A stretch of 20,000 bases of DNA, taken from the IMG/VR virus record IMGVR_UViG_3300025326_000019. The stretch is one strand, 5' to 3'. Both the position numbers and the translations under genes were made by a program. A model generated the notes under the pieces. That model was not told the DNA's origin, made no database searches, and worked only from the letters and a program-made list of their open reading frames with translations. Source of the DNA: an uncultured virus (IMG/VR IMGVR_UViG_3300025326_000019) (taxonomy: Duplodnaviria > Heunggongvirae > Uroviricota > Caudoviricetes). Positions 9,476 through 16,055 of the stretch are shown piece by piece (positions within the stretch are counted from its first letter, which is position 1; every line of letters starts with the position of its first letter).

Positions 9476-9832
9476 ATGGCTAATTCCCGCGAACGCCTTG
9501 AATTTCGTTCTCCGAAAGACCCCAAGCCAACTTGGGCGCTTTTTCCGAACGAAATTGCCAAGCAACCAGGCCTTGTGATCGTTGCCAACGCCAAAGGCCG
9601 TGTGATCGCTACCATTGACCCCGTTACTCGCGAACGCCGCACGCTCAATGGGACCGTCGAAGCCAAGCTATCCCCACAGGGCTGGCTCCTGCCCATTTCC
9701 GACACTGCAATGATCTTCAATCACGCACCGCGTCAAGTTCAGCCGAATTACGAGCTTTCCCTGGCTCGGGATAGGGATCCTCGGTCGGCGTCACAGCGAG
9801 AGAGAAGGAAGAGCAACGGAAAAAGGGCTTGA
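9476..9832 (+). CDS. Hypothetical protein (118 aa) with basic C-terminus
   Basis: ATG lies 2 nt after the previous stop. Last gene before the promoter; its stop codon lies inside the TTGACA -35 box. Confidence 0.55.
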   Translation: MANSRERLEFRSPKDPKPTWALFPNEIAKQPGLVIVANAKGRVIATIDPVTRERRTLNGTVEAKLSPQGWLLPISDTAMIFNHAPRQVQPNYELSLARDRDPRSASQRERRKSNGKRA

Positions 9833-9857
9833 CAAAAGCCACCACCATCAGTACGAT
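9829..9857 (+). promoter_or_regulatory. Sigma70-type promoter at the late/early module boundary
   Basis: TTGACA (9829-9834), 17-nt spacer, TACGAT (9852-9857), with an A-rich tract upstream. Confidence 0.8.
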
Positions 9858-9864
9858 TCTCGCC

Positions 9865-9990
9865 GTGACGCTAAAAAAGGGCTTGCCGAAATCCCGTACC
9901 TGCCCCAAGTGTAGTGTTACGTGGGTACCGCGCAAGCTTACATCCGTGAAGTGTCCAAGGTGCTGGGTTCTTCTACCGAAGGAGGGCTAA
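9865..9990 (+). CDS. Small zinc-ribbon protein (41 aa), probably leaderless; not in ORF track
   Basis: GTG...TAA translates as MTLKKGLPKSRTCPKCSVTWVPRKLTSVKCPRCWVLLPKEG, with two CPxC knuckles. The GTG lies 7 nt after the -10 box. The stop sits 1 nt before the next ATG. Confidence 0.75.
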   Translation: MTLKKGLPKSRTCPKCSVTWVPRKLTSVKCPRCWVLLPKEG

Positions 9991-9991
9991 C

Positions 9992-10207
9992 ATGGCGAAA
10001 TCACTTCACGTTCCAGGCGTCCCGAAGGGTTTCACGGGCCATATTCTGTGGATCCGGAAAGGTCAGGATGCTCAGTACTATATCCGCCTTATCTCGCGCA
10101 ACCGGCAGATTCGGATGGTCAGCGAAGCCTATCCGACGCGCACACATGCCAAGCGTGCCGCCAAGAGTCTAGCGTCCGCACGGACGGCAGCCTGGGTGAT
10201 CGTATGA
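9992..10207 (+). CDS. YegP / DUF1508-like small protein (71 aa)
   Basis: RBS AAGGAGG. WIRKGQDAQYYIRLISRNRQIRMVSEAYPTRTHAKRAAKSL matches the DUF1508 pattern (G.[WY]..RL.A.NG.I...SE.Y.....A). Confidence 0.75.
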   Translation: MAKSLHVPGVPKGFTGHILWIRKGQDAQYYIRLISRNRQIRMVSEAYPTRTHAKRAAKSLASARTAAWVIV

Positions 10208-10707
10208 AGAATGCTACGGGCCTGCGTAGCAACTCCACCGCAATGAAGAATGCCGGCAGCATTAGCCTTGCATTTGTGTGGGGTATCCGTCTCAGGCTCT
10301 GGGCCGAGGGCGACAAGCTCCGGGCCGAGGGCGCCAAGCTCTGGGCCGAGGGCGCCAAGCTCCGGGCCGAGGGCGCCAAGCTCCGGGCCGAGGGCGCCAA
10401 GCTCCGGGCCGAGGGCGACAAGCTCCGGGCCGAGGGCGACAAGCTCTGGGCCGAGGGCGCCAAGCTCTGGGCCGAGGGCGACAAGCTCCGGGCCGAGGGC
10501 GACAAGCTCTGGGCCGAGGGCGACAAGCTCCGGGCCGAGGGCGCCAAGCTCTGGGCCGAGGGCGGCAAGCTCCGAGCCGAGGGCGGCAAGCTCTGGGCTG
10601 AGGGCATTCTTGAGGCCCACGGGAATATCCGCGTGGAATGGGTGTACCGCGAAGGCAAGGATAGCTATGCGTGCAAACTAGAAACTGGCGAAGTCTTTGA
10701 GCCGTGA
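10204..10707 (+). CDS. Heptad-repeat (KL[R/W]AEG[D/A/G]) protein, about 167 aa
   Basis: ATG at 10204 overlaps the upstream stop (ATGA); an alternative ATG lies at 10243. Fifteen 7-aa repeats are flanked by short unique regions. Confidence 0.75.
   Translation: MKNATGLRSNSTAMKNAGSISLAFVWGIRLRLWAEGDKLRAEGAKLWAEGAKLRAEGAKLRAEGAKLRAEGDKLRAEGDKLWAEGAKLWAEGDKLRAEGDKLWAEGDKLRAEGAKLWAEGGKLRAEGGKLWAEGILEAHGNIRVEWVYREGKDSYACKLETGEVFEP
10294..10608 (+). repeat. Tandem repeat, 15 x 21 nt, consensus AAGCTCYGGGCCGAGGGCGVC
   Basis: Read directly: units start at 10294, 10315 and so on to 10588, with no spacers. Confidence 0.97.
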
Positions 10708-10827
10708 AGGCCTTGGCCCGTTATAGGCACGACAAAACCTGTGCAGCTGCGAGCTCCATAGGACAAATCGTGCGCCTCTCGCAGAGGAAAGCGATGGTCA
10801 TTGCGACCACGCCGGGCCTTCTTTTTT
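10706..10827 (+). ncRNA. Candidate structured RNA element (four-way junction) closing onto a T-tract; possible terminator/attenuator
   Basis: P1: GAAGGCC-T-TGGC (10706-10717) pairs with GCCG-GGCCTTC (10811-10821), followed by TTTTTT (10822-10827). P2: GCACGA/TCGTGC, CCTGTG/CATAGG and AGC/GCT. P3: CCTC/GAGG. P4: TGGTC/GACCA. It fills the only sizeable intergenic gap in the window. Confidence 0.6.
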
Positions 10828-10840
10828 GGAGCAGAGGTAG

Positions 10841-11332
10841 ATGAATACAGTAGCGATGAATACAGTAGCTGAACAGATTGCCGAGTTGAAGCGCATCGGT
10901 CTCGTCGCGTCCACCATGCCTGATCGGTTGGCCCAGACGAGAGCCATCCTAAGCAATCTCCGTGCTGATCTCGAGTCAGCCTCTAGTCTTGTAAAGGATC
11001 GTGAGGCTGAAACGTTGTCACTGGTATCGGCTGAAACGTTACCAGACAGCGCCAAGCCTGCGTTTTCAAACAAGGAATCCCGTGAGGCAGAGGTACGACA
11101 GCGTTTGGCTGAGGATGTGACCTATAAATTTCTCGTAGGTGAAGAACAGAATGCACAGCGGCAAAAGTCGGACGTCGAGATTCAGCTAGCGAAGCTACAG
11201 GATGAAGATCGGCTCATTGATCGTCAACTTGAGGCTGTCGCAGCATCCTTACGCGCAGAAACTGTCCAGTTGCTTCGGCAAGCTCTCGTAGACTTTGTCT
11301 CTGTTGAAGCACGGCGACTAACGGACAAGTAA
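10841..11332 (+). CDS. Coiled-coil phage protein (163 aa)
   Basis: RBS GAGGT. Helical heptad pattern, with the motif FSNKESREAEV. Confidence 0.7.
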   Translation: MNTVAMNTVAEQIAELKRIGLVASTMPDRLAQTRAILSNLRADLESASSLVKDREAETLSLVSAETLPDSAKPAFSNKESREAEVRQRLAEDVTYKFLVGEEQNAQRQKSDVEIQLAKLQDEDRLIDRQLEAVAASLRAETVQLLRQALVDFVSVEARRLTDK

Positions 11333-11333
11333 T

Positions 11334-11570
11334 ATGATGCCCACATTGTCTCCACAAGGAGGGTGGCCGAGCGCTGACGGTCTTCCATGCTGCGGCTGTG
11401 GAGCAGACCTGAATTACAGTGAATGTGTGCAAGTAAGCTTCTCTGATCGTAACTTCATGGCGTTTTGTGGTTTCAAATGTCTAGCGCTCTGGACTCATTA
11501 TTTCTCAGGGCGCTTTGATGAAGTGCGTGCGTGGACAGCGTTGGTAGAACCGCGTTCGGTGTCTCACTAA
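11334..11570 (+). CDS. Small Cys-rich (TRASH-like metal-binding) protein (78 aa)
   Basis: CCGC...FCGFKC motif. The ORF fills the gap between its neighbours. Confidence 0.55.
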   Translation: MMPTLSPQGGWPSADGLPCCGCGADLNYSECVQVSFSDRNFMAFCGFKCLALWTHYFSGRFDEVRAWTALVEPRSVSH

Positions 11571-11595
11571 CAACCAAGGTTGTACGGAGGGCATC

Positions 11596-12498
11596 ATGAC
11601 TGACCCAGTTACTGGTACCACGACCAGCGTAATTCCTAGCCACACCGGCCTCGCCAAGAAGCGCGATCCGATGCTCGAGATGGCCGAATCCAAGACCGTG
11701 CCGCCAATTCTCCGGGAACACTTTACGGAGACCGATTGGGGCGCGATGGCGGTCCCAGATCGCATGGAAGCGCTCGCGTTCTTCGCAGCGGAGCAAGCGG
11801 AGACGACCAAAGGCCTCATCATCACGTTTCCGCAGATCAAGTATCCCACCGCGCAGGCCGGCGTCTGGGTTGTACCGGATGCCACAGGCACGCCGCAATA
11901 TCGTCCGACTATCGGCGGAGTGATTCTGTTCAAACAGCCCGTGAGGGCATATTGGCCAATCGACAAACCACTGTCGAATGATCCACCCATGTGCTCATCG
12001 CCAGACGGACGGAAACCTGATACGCCTGGACCGATCAATCCAATCGGTGGTCGACAAGCCGATACCTGCGCAGCCTGCCCACGCTCAGTATTTGGGACAG
12101 GCAAGGAGGGTGAAGGGCAGGCTTGTAAGGCCAGGATCAACACATTTAATCTCATGGATCAGAATGGGCACGACGTCAAACAGCCTCTTCAACTTGAGGA
12201 AATCCCTACGCTGATCTCCGTTCCACCTAGTCAGCTCAAGGCATTCAGTGAATACGCCGTCCAGGTCAGGAAAAGTTCCACGGGCTCGCTGCTCGCCTGG
12301 ACTACGACGTTCGGTCTCAAAGATGACAAGAACAAGCGCGGGACGGAATTCAAGGCGCTCGTCCTGTCGACAGGGAAAAAGCTCACCTATGAACAAATGC
12401 AGACGTGTCGGAAAATCTCCGATAGCTTTGCGGATCAGTTCAGTCGGCGTGGCTTTGTGCCTGAGGATGCTGAAGAGGAACCCACGTTCCCAAGCTAG
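11596..12498 (+). CDS. Putative phage single-stranded DNA-binding protein with Zn motif (300 aa)
   Basis: RBS GGAGG. Motif CSSPDG...CAACP...FGTG...GQACK, and an acidic C-terminal tail (EDAEEEPTFPS) typical of SSBs. Sits in the recombination module. Confidence 0.6.
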   Translation: MTDPVTGTTTSVIPSHTGLAKKRDPMLEMAESKTVPPILREHFTETDWGAMAVPDRMEALAFFAAEQAETTKGLIITFPQIKYPTAQAGVWVVPDATGTPQYRPTIGGVILFKQPVRAYWPIDKPLSNDPPMCSSPDGRKPDTPGPINPIGGRQADTCAACPRSVFGTGKEGEGQACKARINTFNLMDQNGHDVKQPLQLEEIPTLISVPPSQLKAFSEYAVQVRKSSTGSLLAWTTTFGLKDDKNKRGTEFKALVLSTGKKLTYEQMQTCRKISDSFADQFSRRGFVPEDAEEEPTFPS

Positions 12499-12504
12499 CT
12501 GCGA

Positions 12505-12903
12505 ATGCGAGTATTAGAAGTCTGGATCCCAGGTGTCGTGGTTAGCGTAAACACGTTCCGGCGTCGCGGCACCAGGGATCGCATGGCAACCATCAAGATG
12601 GAGCGGGACAGAGCCAAGGCATGCGCGCTCAAGGCTGTACGGGAGAAGTATCGGAGTGGGGATGACACGTGGACTGGGCCGACAACTATCGACTTTGAAA
12701 TCTATACAAGTCGTACGCTGAAAGATCGTTTGCAAGTAGGGGGGGCACTAAAGGCCACACAGGATGGAATTTGCCTTGCTATCCTCCCACTTGGCGATGG
12801 GCATGGAACACCGTACGTTTGGCGTGAACCAACGCAGATCAAAGTCAAGACACGGAAGGAAGAGGGCGTGCTAGTGACGATACAAGAACTTAGCAATGGG
12901 TAA
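12505..12903 (+). CDS. RusA-like Holliday junction resolvase fold protein (132 aa), divergent active site
   Basis: Size and pattern fit: IPG...SVN, a basic helix, beta strand GPTTIDFEIY, D....ALKATQDGI, and terminal strand EGVLVTIQEL. Confidence 0.55.
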   Translation: MRVLEVWIPGVVVSVNTFRRRGTRDRMATIKMERDRAKACALKAVREKYRSGDDTWTGPTTIDFEIYTSRTLKDRLQVGGALKATQDGICLAILPLGDGHGTPYVWREPTQIKVKTRKEEGVLVTIQELSNG

Positions 12904-13795
12904 AACCAATATCGAGTGGGCAACCGATGTTTGGAATCCCGTTCGCGGATGTTCTCGTGTATCCGAAGGATGCCGTTTTTGTTACGCAGAAATCATCGCA
13001 GCTCGTTTCTCTGACTCCGGGATGCCATATGAAGACCTCGCTACGCGTACCTCAATAGGCCCACGGTGGACCGGCAAAGTCCAATTCATTGAAAAGCATC
13101 TATTTGATCCGATCAAATGGAAAGCGCCGCGAAGAATATTTGTCGCAAGTATGTCCGATCCGAATCACGAAAAAGTTCCTAACTCGTGGCGGGACCAAAT
13201 GCTTGCTGTGATGATTCAGGCACCGCAACATAAGTATCTCTGGCTGACGAAGCGGGCCGACAACATGCTGGCATACTTCGCCGACCCGCATACACGCAAT
13301 AGAGTTGCTGCTCAACTTGGTTGGCGACCAGAGCGTATGAATAACACGTGGCCAATTCCAGGTCTCTGGTTAGGTGTATCCGTCGAAAATCAAGCAACGG
13401 CCGATGAACGGATTCCGTTGTTACTCGAAACGCCAGCGGCGATACGGTGGATAAGTTACGAACCCGCATTAGGAGTCGTAGATTTCTCTTCTAGGCCGAT
13501 GGAAGAAGGCTGGTATCACAACTGGTTGAAGATTACTGAGACAGAACCACCAATTCCACGGCTCGACTGGATCGTATGTGGCGGTGAGAGCGGTTCTGGT
13601 GCACGGCCTTTTGACCTCACATGGGCTCGGCAGACCATCATTCAGTGTACTGAGGCAGGTATTCCGGCGTTCATAAAACAGCTTGGAAGTACGCCTGTTA
13701 ATGGCACAGAGAAGATACATCTCATAGACCGCAAGGGCGGCGATTTGGACGAATGGCCAGAAGATCTCCGCGTACGAGAATTTCCAGATGCCTAA
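12896..13795 (+). CDS. Phage Gp37/Gp68 family protein (DUF5131, radical-SAM-like)
   Basis: Motifs TNIEWATDVWNPVRGCSRVSEGCRFCYA, IFVASMSD, LTKR, WLGVSVENQ, SYEPALG, LDWIVCGGESGSGARP, FIKQLG and REFP. Confidence 0.92.
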   Translation: MGKTNIEWATDVWNPVRGCSRVSEGCRFCYAEIIAARFSDSGMPYEDLATRTSIGPRWTGKVQFIEKHLFDPIKWKAPRRIFVASMSDPNHEKVPNSWRDQMLAVMIQAPQHKYLWLTKRADNMLAYFADPHTRNRVAAQLGWRPERMNNTWPIPGLWLGVSVENQATADERIPLLLETPAAIRWISYEPALGVVDFSSRPMEEGWYHNWLKITETEPPIPRLDWIVCGGESGSGARPFDLTWARQTIIQCTEAGIPAFIKQLGSTPVNGTEKIHLIDRKGGDLDEWPEDLRVREFPDA

Positions 13796-13985
13796 TCCGC
13801 GCCCATGGATCATCGCCTACGATGCCACCGGCCTGCACAAGAAGCCACCGTACACGCTGGAGTGCCGGCGGTGCTTTGCCACTTATTCGCCGACCATTCC
13901 TGTGGCGGTGGATATCTTCTGTGCGATGGCGGAGGTATTTGAAAAGCAGCATACGCGGTGTGTGGAGAAGACGGAGAAAGCATGA
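13788..13985 (+). CDS. Small putative Zn-binding protein (65 aa)
   Basis: CRRC...HTRC motif. Overlaps the upstream stop and the downstream start. Confidence 0.6.
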   Translation: MPNPRPWIIAYDATGLHKKPPYTLECRRCFATYSPTIPVAVDIFCAMAEVFEKQHTRCVEKTEKA

Positions 13986-14149
13986 CAACGTGCCGACATA
14001 CCTATTGCGAGAATCCAGCTACCAGCGATTCACCGTACTGTGTAATCTGTCAACGCTACGTGACAGGCGGAGACCTGACTGATTACTCCTGTCCATGTGG
14101 CGTGCTGGAGTGGATGAAAAGCGGCGGAAGCCGGGGCTGGCATCCATGA
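13982..14149 (+). CDS. Small Cys-rich protein (55 aa)
   Basis: ATG at 13982 (ATGA overlap, RBS GGAG) gives MTTCRHTYCENPATSDSPYCVICQRY...CPCG. Confidence 0.5.
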   Translation: MTTCRHTYCENPATSDSPYCVICQRYVTGGDLTDYSCPCGVLEWMKSGGSRGWHP

Positions 14150-14427
14150 TCTACCTCGTATTACTCAAGGGTGGCGTCAGGAAATGGCAAACCCTTGGGC
14201 ATTTATCAGAACCCAAGGTGGTATGGAATATTCCGGTTCCACGCCATGGTGTATTTAGCTGGATTAGCACGCCTATGTGTGCCGCAGCAGAATTTACATC
14301 TCGAGAAGCCGCACAAACTGCTATCAATGTTACTGAAAAGTACATCGACGATCAGATTACTGCGGGCAATCCAAACTTTACTAAGATCCCTGGAATTAAA
14401 TACTGTATTGCGAAGGTGGAGGAATGA
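14146..14427 (+). CDS. Hypothetical protein (93 aa)
   Basis: ATG at 14146 (MIYLVLLKGG...) with ATGA overlaps at both ends. Confidence 0.55.
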   Translation: MIYLVLLKGGVRKWQTLGHLSEPKVVWNIPVPRHGVFSWISTPMCAAAEFTSREAAQTAINVTEKYIDDQITAGNPNFTKIPGIKYCIAKVEE

Positions 14428-15530
14428 AGATCAGCGTACTTGGCGATCTTCACTTATCAGAACAAAGTCCGCGCTACGCCCACGCGCTTGAGGTCCTCGA
14501 TCACTGTATTGATGTCGGCGTCCAGCGTAACGCGAAGATCTGGGTATTTTGCGGTGACGTATTCGAAGGGAAGCCGACCCCTGGCGAGTATCACGCGTTC
14601 CTACAACGCGTGTACCGGATCATCGAACATGGTGGAATGGTCTGCGTTGTACGTGGCAATCACGAGGCCTACGAGGCCTATAGTTTTTTCGAACTCCTAA
14701 ACCCCATGATCCGGGTGGCGTGGGATGCGTTCCTTTGGCAGGAATTCGACGCATGCCGAGTACTTCTCATGCCGTATCCCGTCCGCTATCGGCCACCGTT
14801 TCACGCCGTTTACCAGGAGACGATCTCAGGAAGTATGCGAGCATCGGTTAATCTCATAGCTGACAAAATACGAGAGGTTGCGGCCCTTGATGCTAAGTCC
14901 TTGTTCGTCTTTGGACATTTTTCTATTGAGGGCCTTACTACGAGAGACACAGATTTCGAGCGTCATTCTCCAAATGAGGTCGTAGTGCCTCTTGAGGCAT
15001 TCGAGCCGACAGCTCTCACGCGCGTTGGCCACATTCACAGAGCTCAGCAACTCACAGATAAAACCGGAAGCGTCGGTTCGTTATACCGAACAAGTTTTGC
15101 CGAAATCGATGATCCGAAGATCTTCTGCCTCATTACCGTAGCTGACGATGGCACGATAACGACCGAAGATATCCCAACTGGATGTCGCGGCATGCGCGAG
15201 TTTGCTCTTGAACTTGATGACCTCACCAGTACTACGCTTCGTGAGATCGAGGACGTCGCTGCGCAGGGCATTGAAATCAAGGTCGTGCTTAGCATGGCAT
15301 CGACCGAAGTTTCACGCTATGATCCCACGGTCTTCGACAAGGTGAAAGCGACCGCGCCACTGTTTGTGCTGGAGAAAGACGTGCGGCCTGTGCAACGTGT
15401 CCGAGCACCGGCGTTACAGCCCAATATGAACCTGACCGAGGAATTCTTTGCGTGGACGCAAGCTATTGGAACTGAGATCGCGGCCGAGCGTATGCCGAGC
15501 ATTGGTGAGAAACTAAGAGAGCTAGAATGA
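14424..15530 (+). CDS. sbcD: Mre11/SbcD-like metallophosphoesterase nuclease (368 aa)
   Basis: All five phosphoesterase motifs are present: GDLH, GDVF, GNHE, GH and GHIH. RBS GGAGG. An SbcC-like gene lies downstream. Confidence 0.9.
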   Translation: MKISVLGDLHLSEQSPRYAHALEVLDHCIDVGVQRNAKIWVFCGDVFEGKPTPGEYHAFLQRVYRIIEHGGMVCVVRGNHEAYEAYSFFELLNPMIRVAWDAFLWQEFDACRVLLMPYPVRYRPPFHAVYQETISGSMRASVNLIADKIREVAALDAKSLFVFGHFSIEGLTTRDTDFERHSPNEVVVPLEAFEPTALTRVGHIHRAQQLTDKTGSVGSLYRTSFAEIDDPKIFCLITVADDGTITTEDIPTGCRGMREFALELDDLTSTTLREIEDVAAQGIEIKVVLSMASTEVSRYDPTVFDKVKATAPLFVLEKDVRPVQRVRAPALQPNMNLTEEFFAWTQAIGTEIAAERMPSIGEKLRELE

Positions 15531-15688
15531 AAATGGACGATAACGAGGAACGCGGACTGATGGAGATGATGCGGACACAAGCGAAGATGGTGCGAGCATA
15601 CTTTGACGCGCTCATCGAACAGAAGTTTACGCCAGCGGAAGCAATGCGCATGACCGTGGCATTCATTACGCGTCGAGTTGGTGATTGA
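15527..15688 (+). CDS. Small helical phage protein (53 aa); not in ORF track
   Basis: MKMDDNEERGLMEMMRTQAKMVRAYFDALIEQKFTPAEAMRMTVAFITRRVGD. ATGA overlap with the sbcD stop. Confidence 0.65.
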   Translation: MKMDDNEERGLMEMMRTQAKMVRAYFDALIEQKFTPAEAMRMTVAFITRRVGD

Positions 15689-15868
15689 ATGTACATCCGC
15701 GTATCCATTTATGAGGGTCTCAATCAACCGCCACTCAGAGAAGTCTTCCTTGAATTGCGACCTGAAAGCATAGTGCCAACGGTGGAACAGCTTCGCTATG
15801 CTGCGATGTTTGTTAGCTTGGCACTACAAGCCGAACAGGAATACCCGAGACATGCAGCTCGTGTGTGA
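15689..15868 (+). CDS. Hypothetical protein (59 aa); not in ORF track
   Basis: ATG immediately follows the previous TGA and reads MYIRVSIYEGLNQPPLREVFLELRP...RHAARV. Confidence 0.55.
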   Translation: MYIRVSIYEGLNQPPLREVFLELRPESIVPTVEQLRYAAMFVSLALQAEQEYPRHAARV

Positions 15869-16055
15869 ACATGGCGTAGTGCTATATAAGGTGACTCAAG
15901 ATATCCCAGCCGGTGACGCCGGAGCAGCGTGGCTAAATGAGCATGTGCCGATTGAGTACATTATCAAGTTGCGCAAGGACAAATGTTCAGCGTGCGCGCT
16001 TGAGTTTACGGTGGGGATAGCCCCACAGGATAATACGCCATGGCGAGCCAACTAG
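15852..16055 (+). CDS. Small putative Zn-binding protein (67 aa)
   Basis: Likely ATG at 15852 after AGGA. Motifs CEHG and CSAC. Confidence 0.5.
   Translation: MQLVCEHGVVLYKVTQDIPAGDAGAAWLNEHVPIEYIIKLRKDKCSACALEFTVGIAPQDNTPWRAN

Noticed and set aside
9476..9832. Lysis cassette or integrase/att site expected after the tail genes
   Set aside because: The ORF has no transmembrane segments, no lipobox, and no lysin or recombinase motifs. Nothing supports such a call here.
9883..9917. Second promoter using TTGCCG as -35
   Set aside because: There is no acceptable -10 hexamer at 16-18 nt spacing.
10294..10608. CRISPR array
   Set aside because: The units are head-to-tail with no unique spacers, they are in frame within a gene, and no cas genes are visible.
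10119..10681. Overlapping ORFs in other frames and on the minus strand across the repeat
   Set aside because: The stop-free 21-nt repeat keeps several frames open. Only the KL[RW]AEG frame has a coupled start and sensible unique flanks.
2342..10707. Diversity-generating retroelement or invertase shufflon acting on tail or repeat genes
   Set aside because: No reverse transcriptase or recombinase ORF is in the window, I saw no template/variable repeat pair differing only at adenines, and there are no inverted cassettes. One could still lie outside the window.
10697..10727. Internal promoter (TTGAGC ... TATAGG) for the structured RNA
   Set aside because: The -10 match is weak and the spacing is 19 nt, so it is not supportable.
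10706..10827. Known RNA classes (tRNA, hammerhead ribozyme, c-di-GMP-I riboswitch, T-box)
   Set aside because: Required conserved sequences were not found by eye: no TTC T-loop or cloverleaf dimensions, no CTGANGA core, no GGCAAAC/GCAAAG-type GEMM pattern, no T-box sequence. An Rfam scan is still needed.
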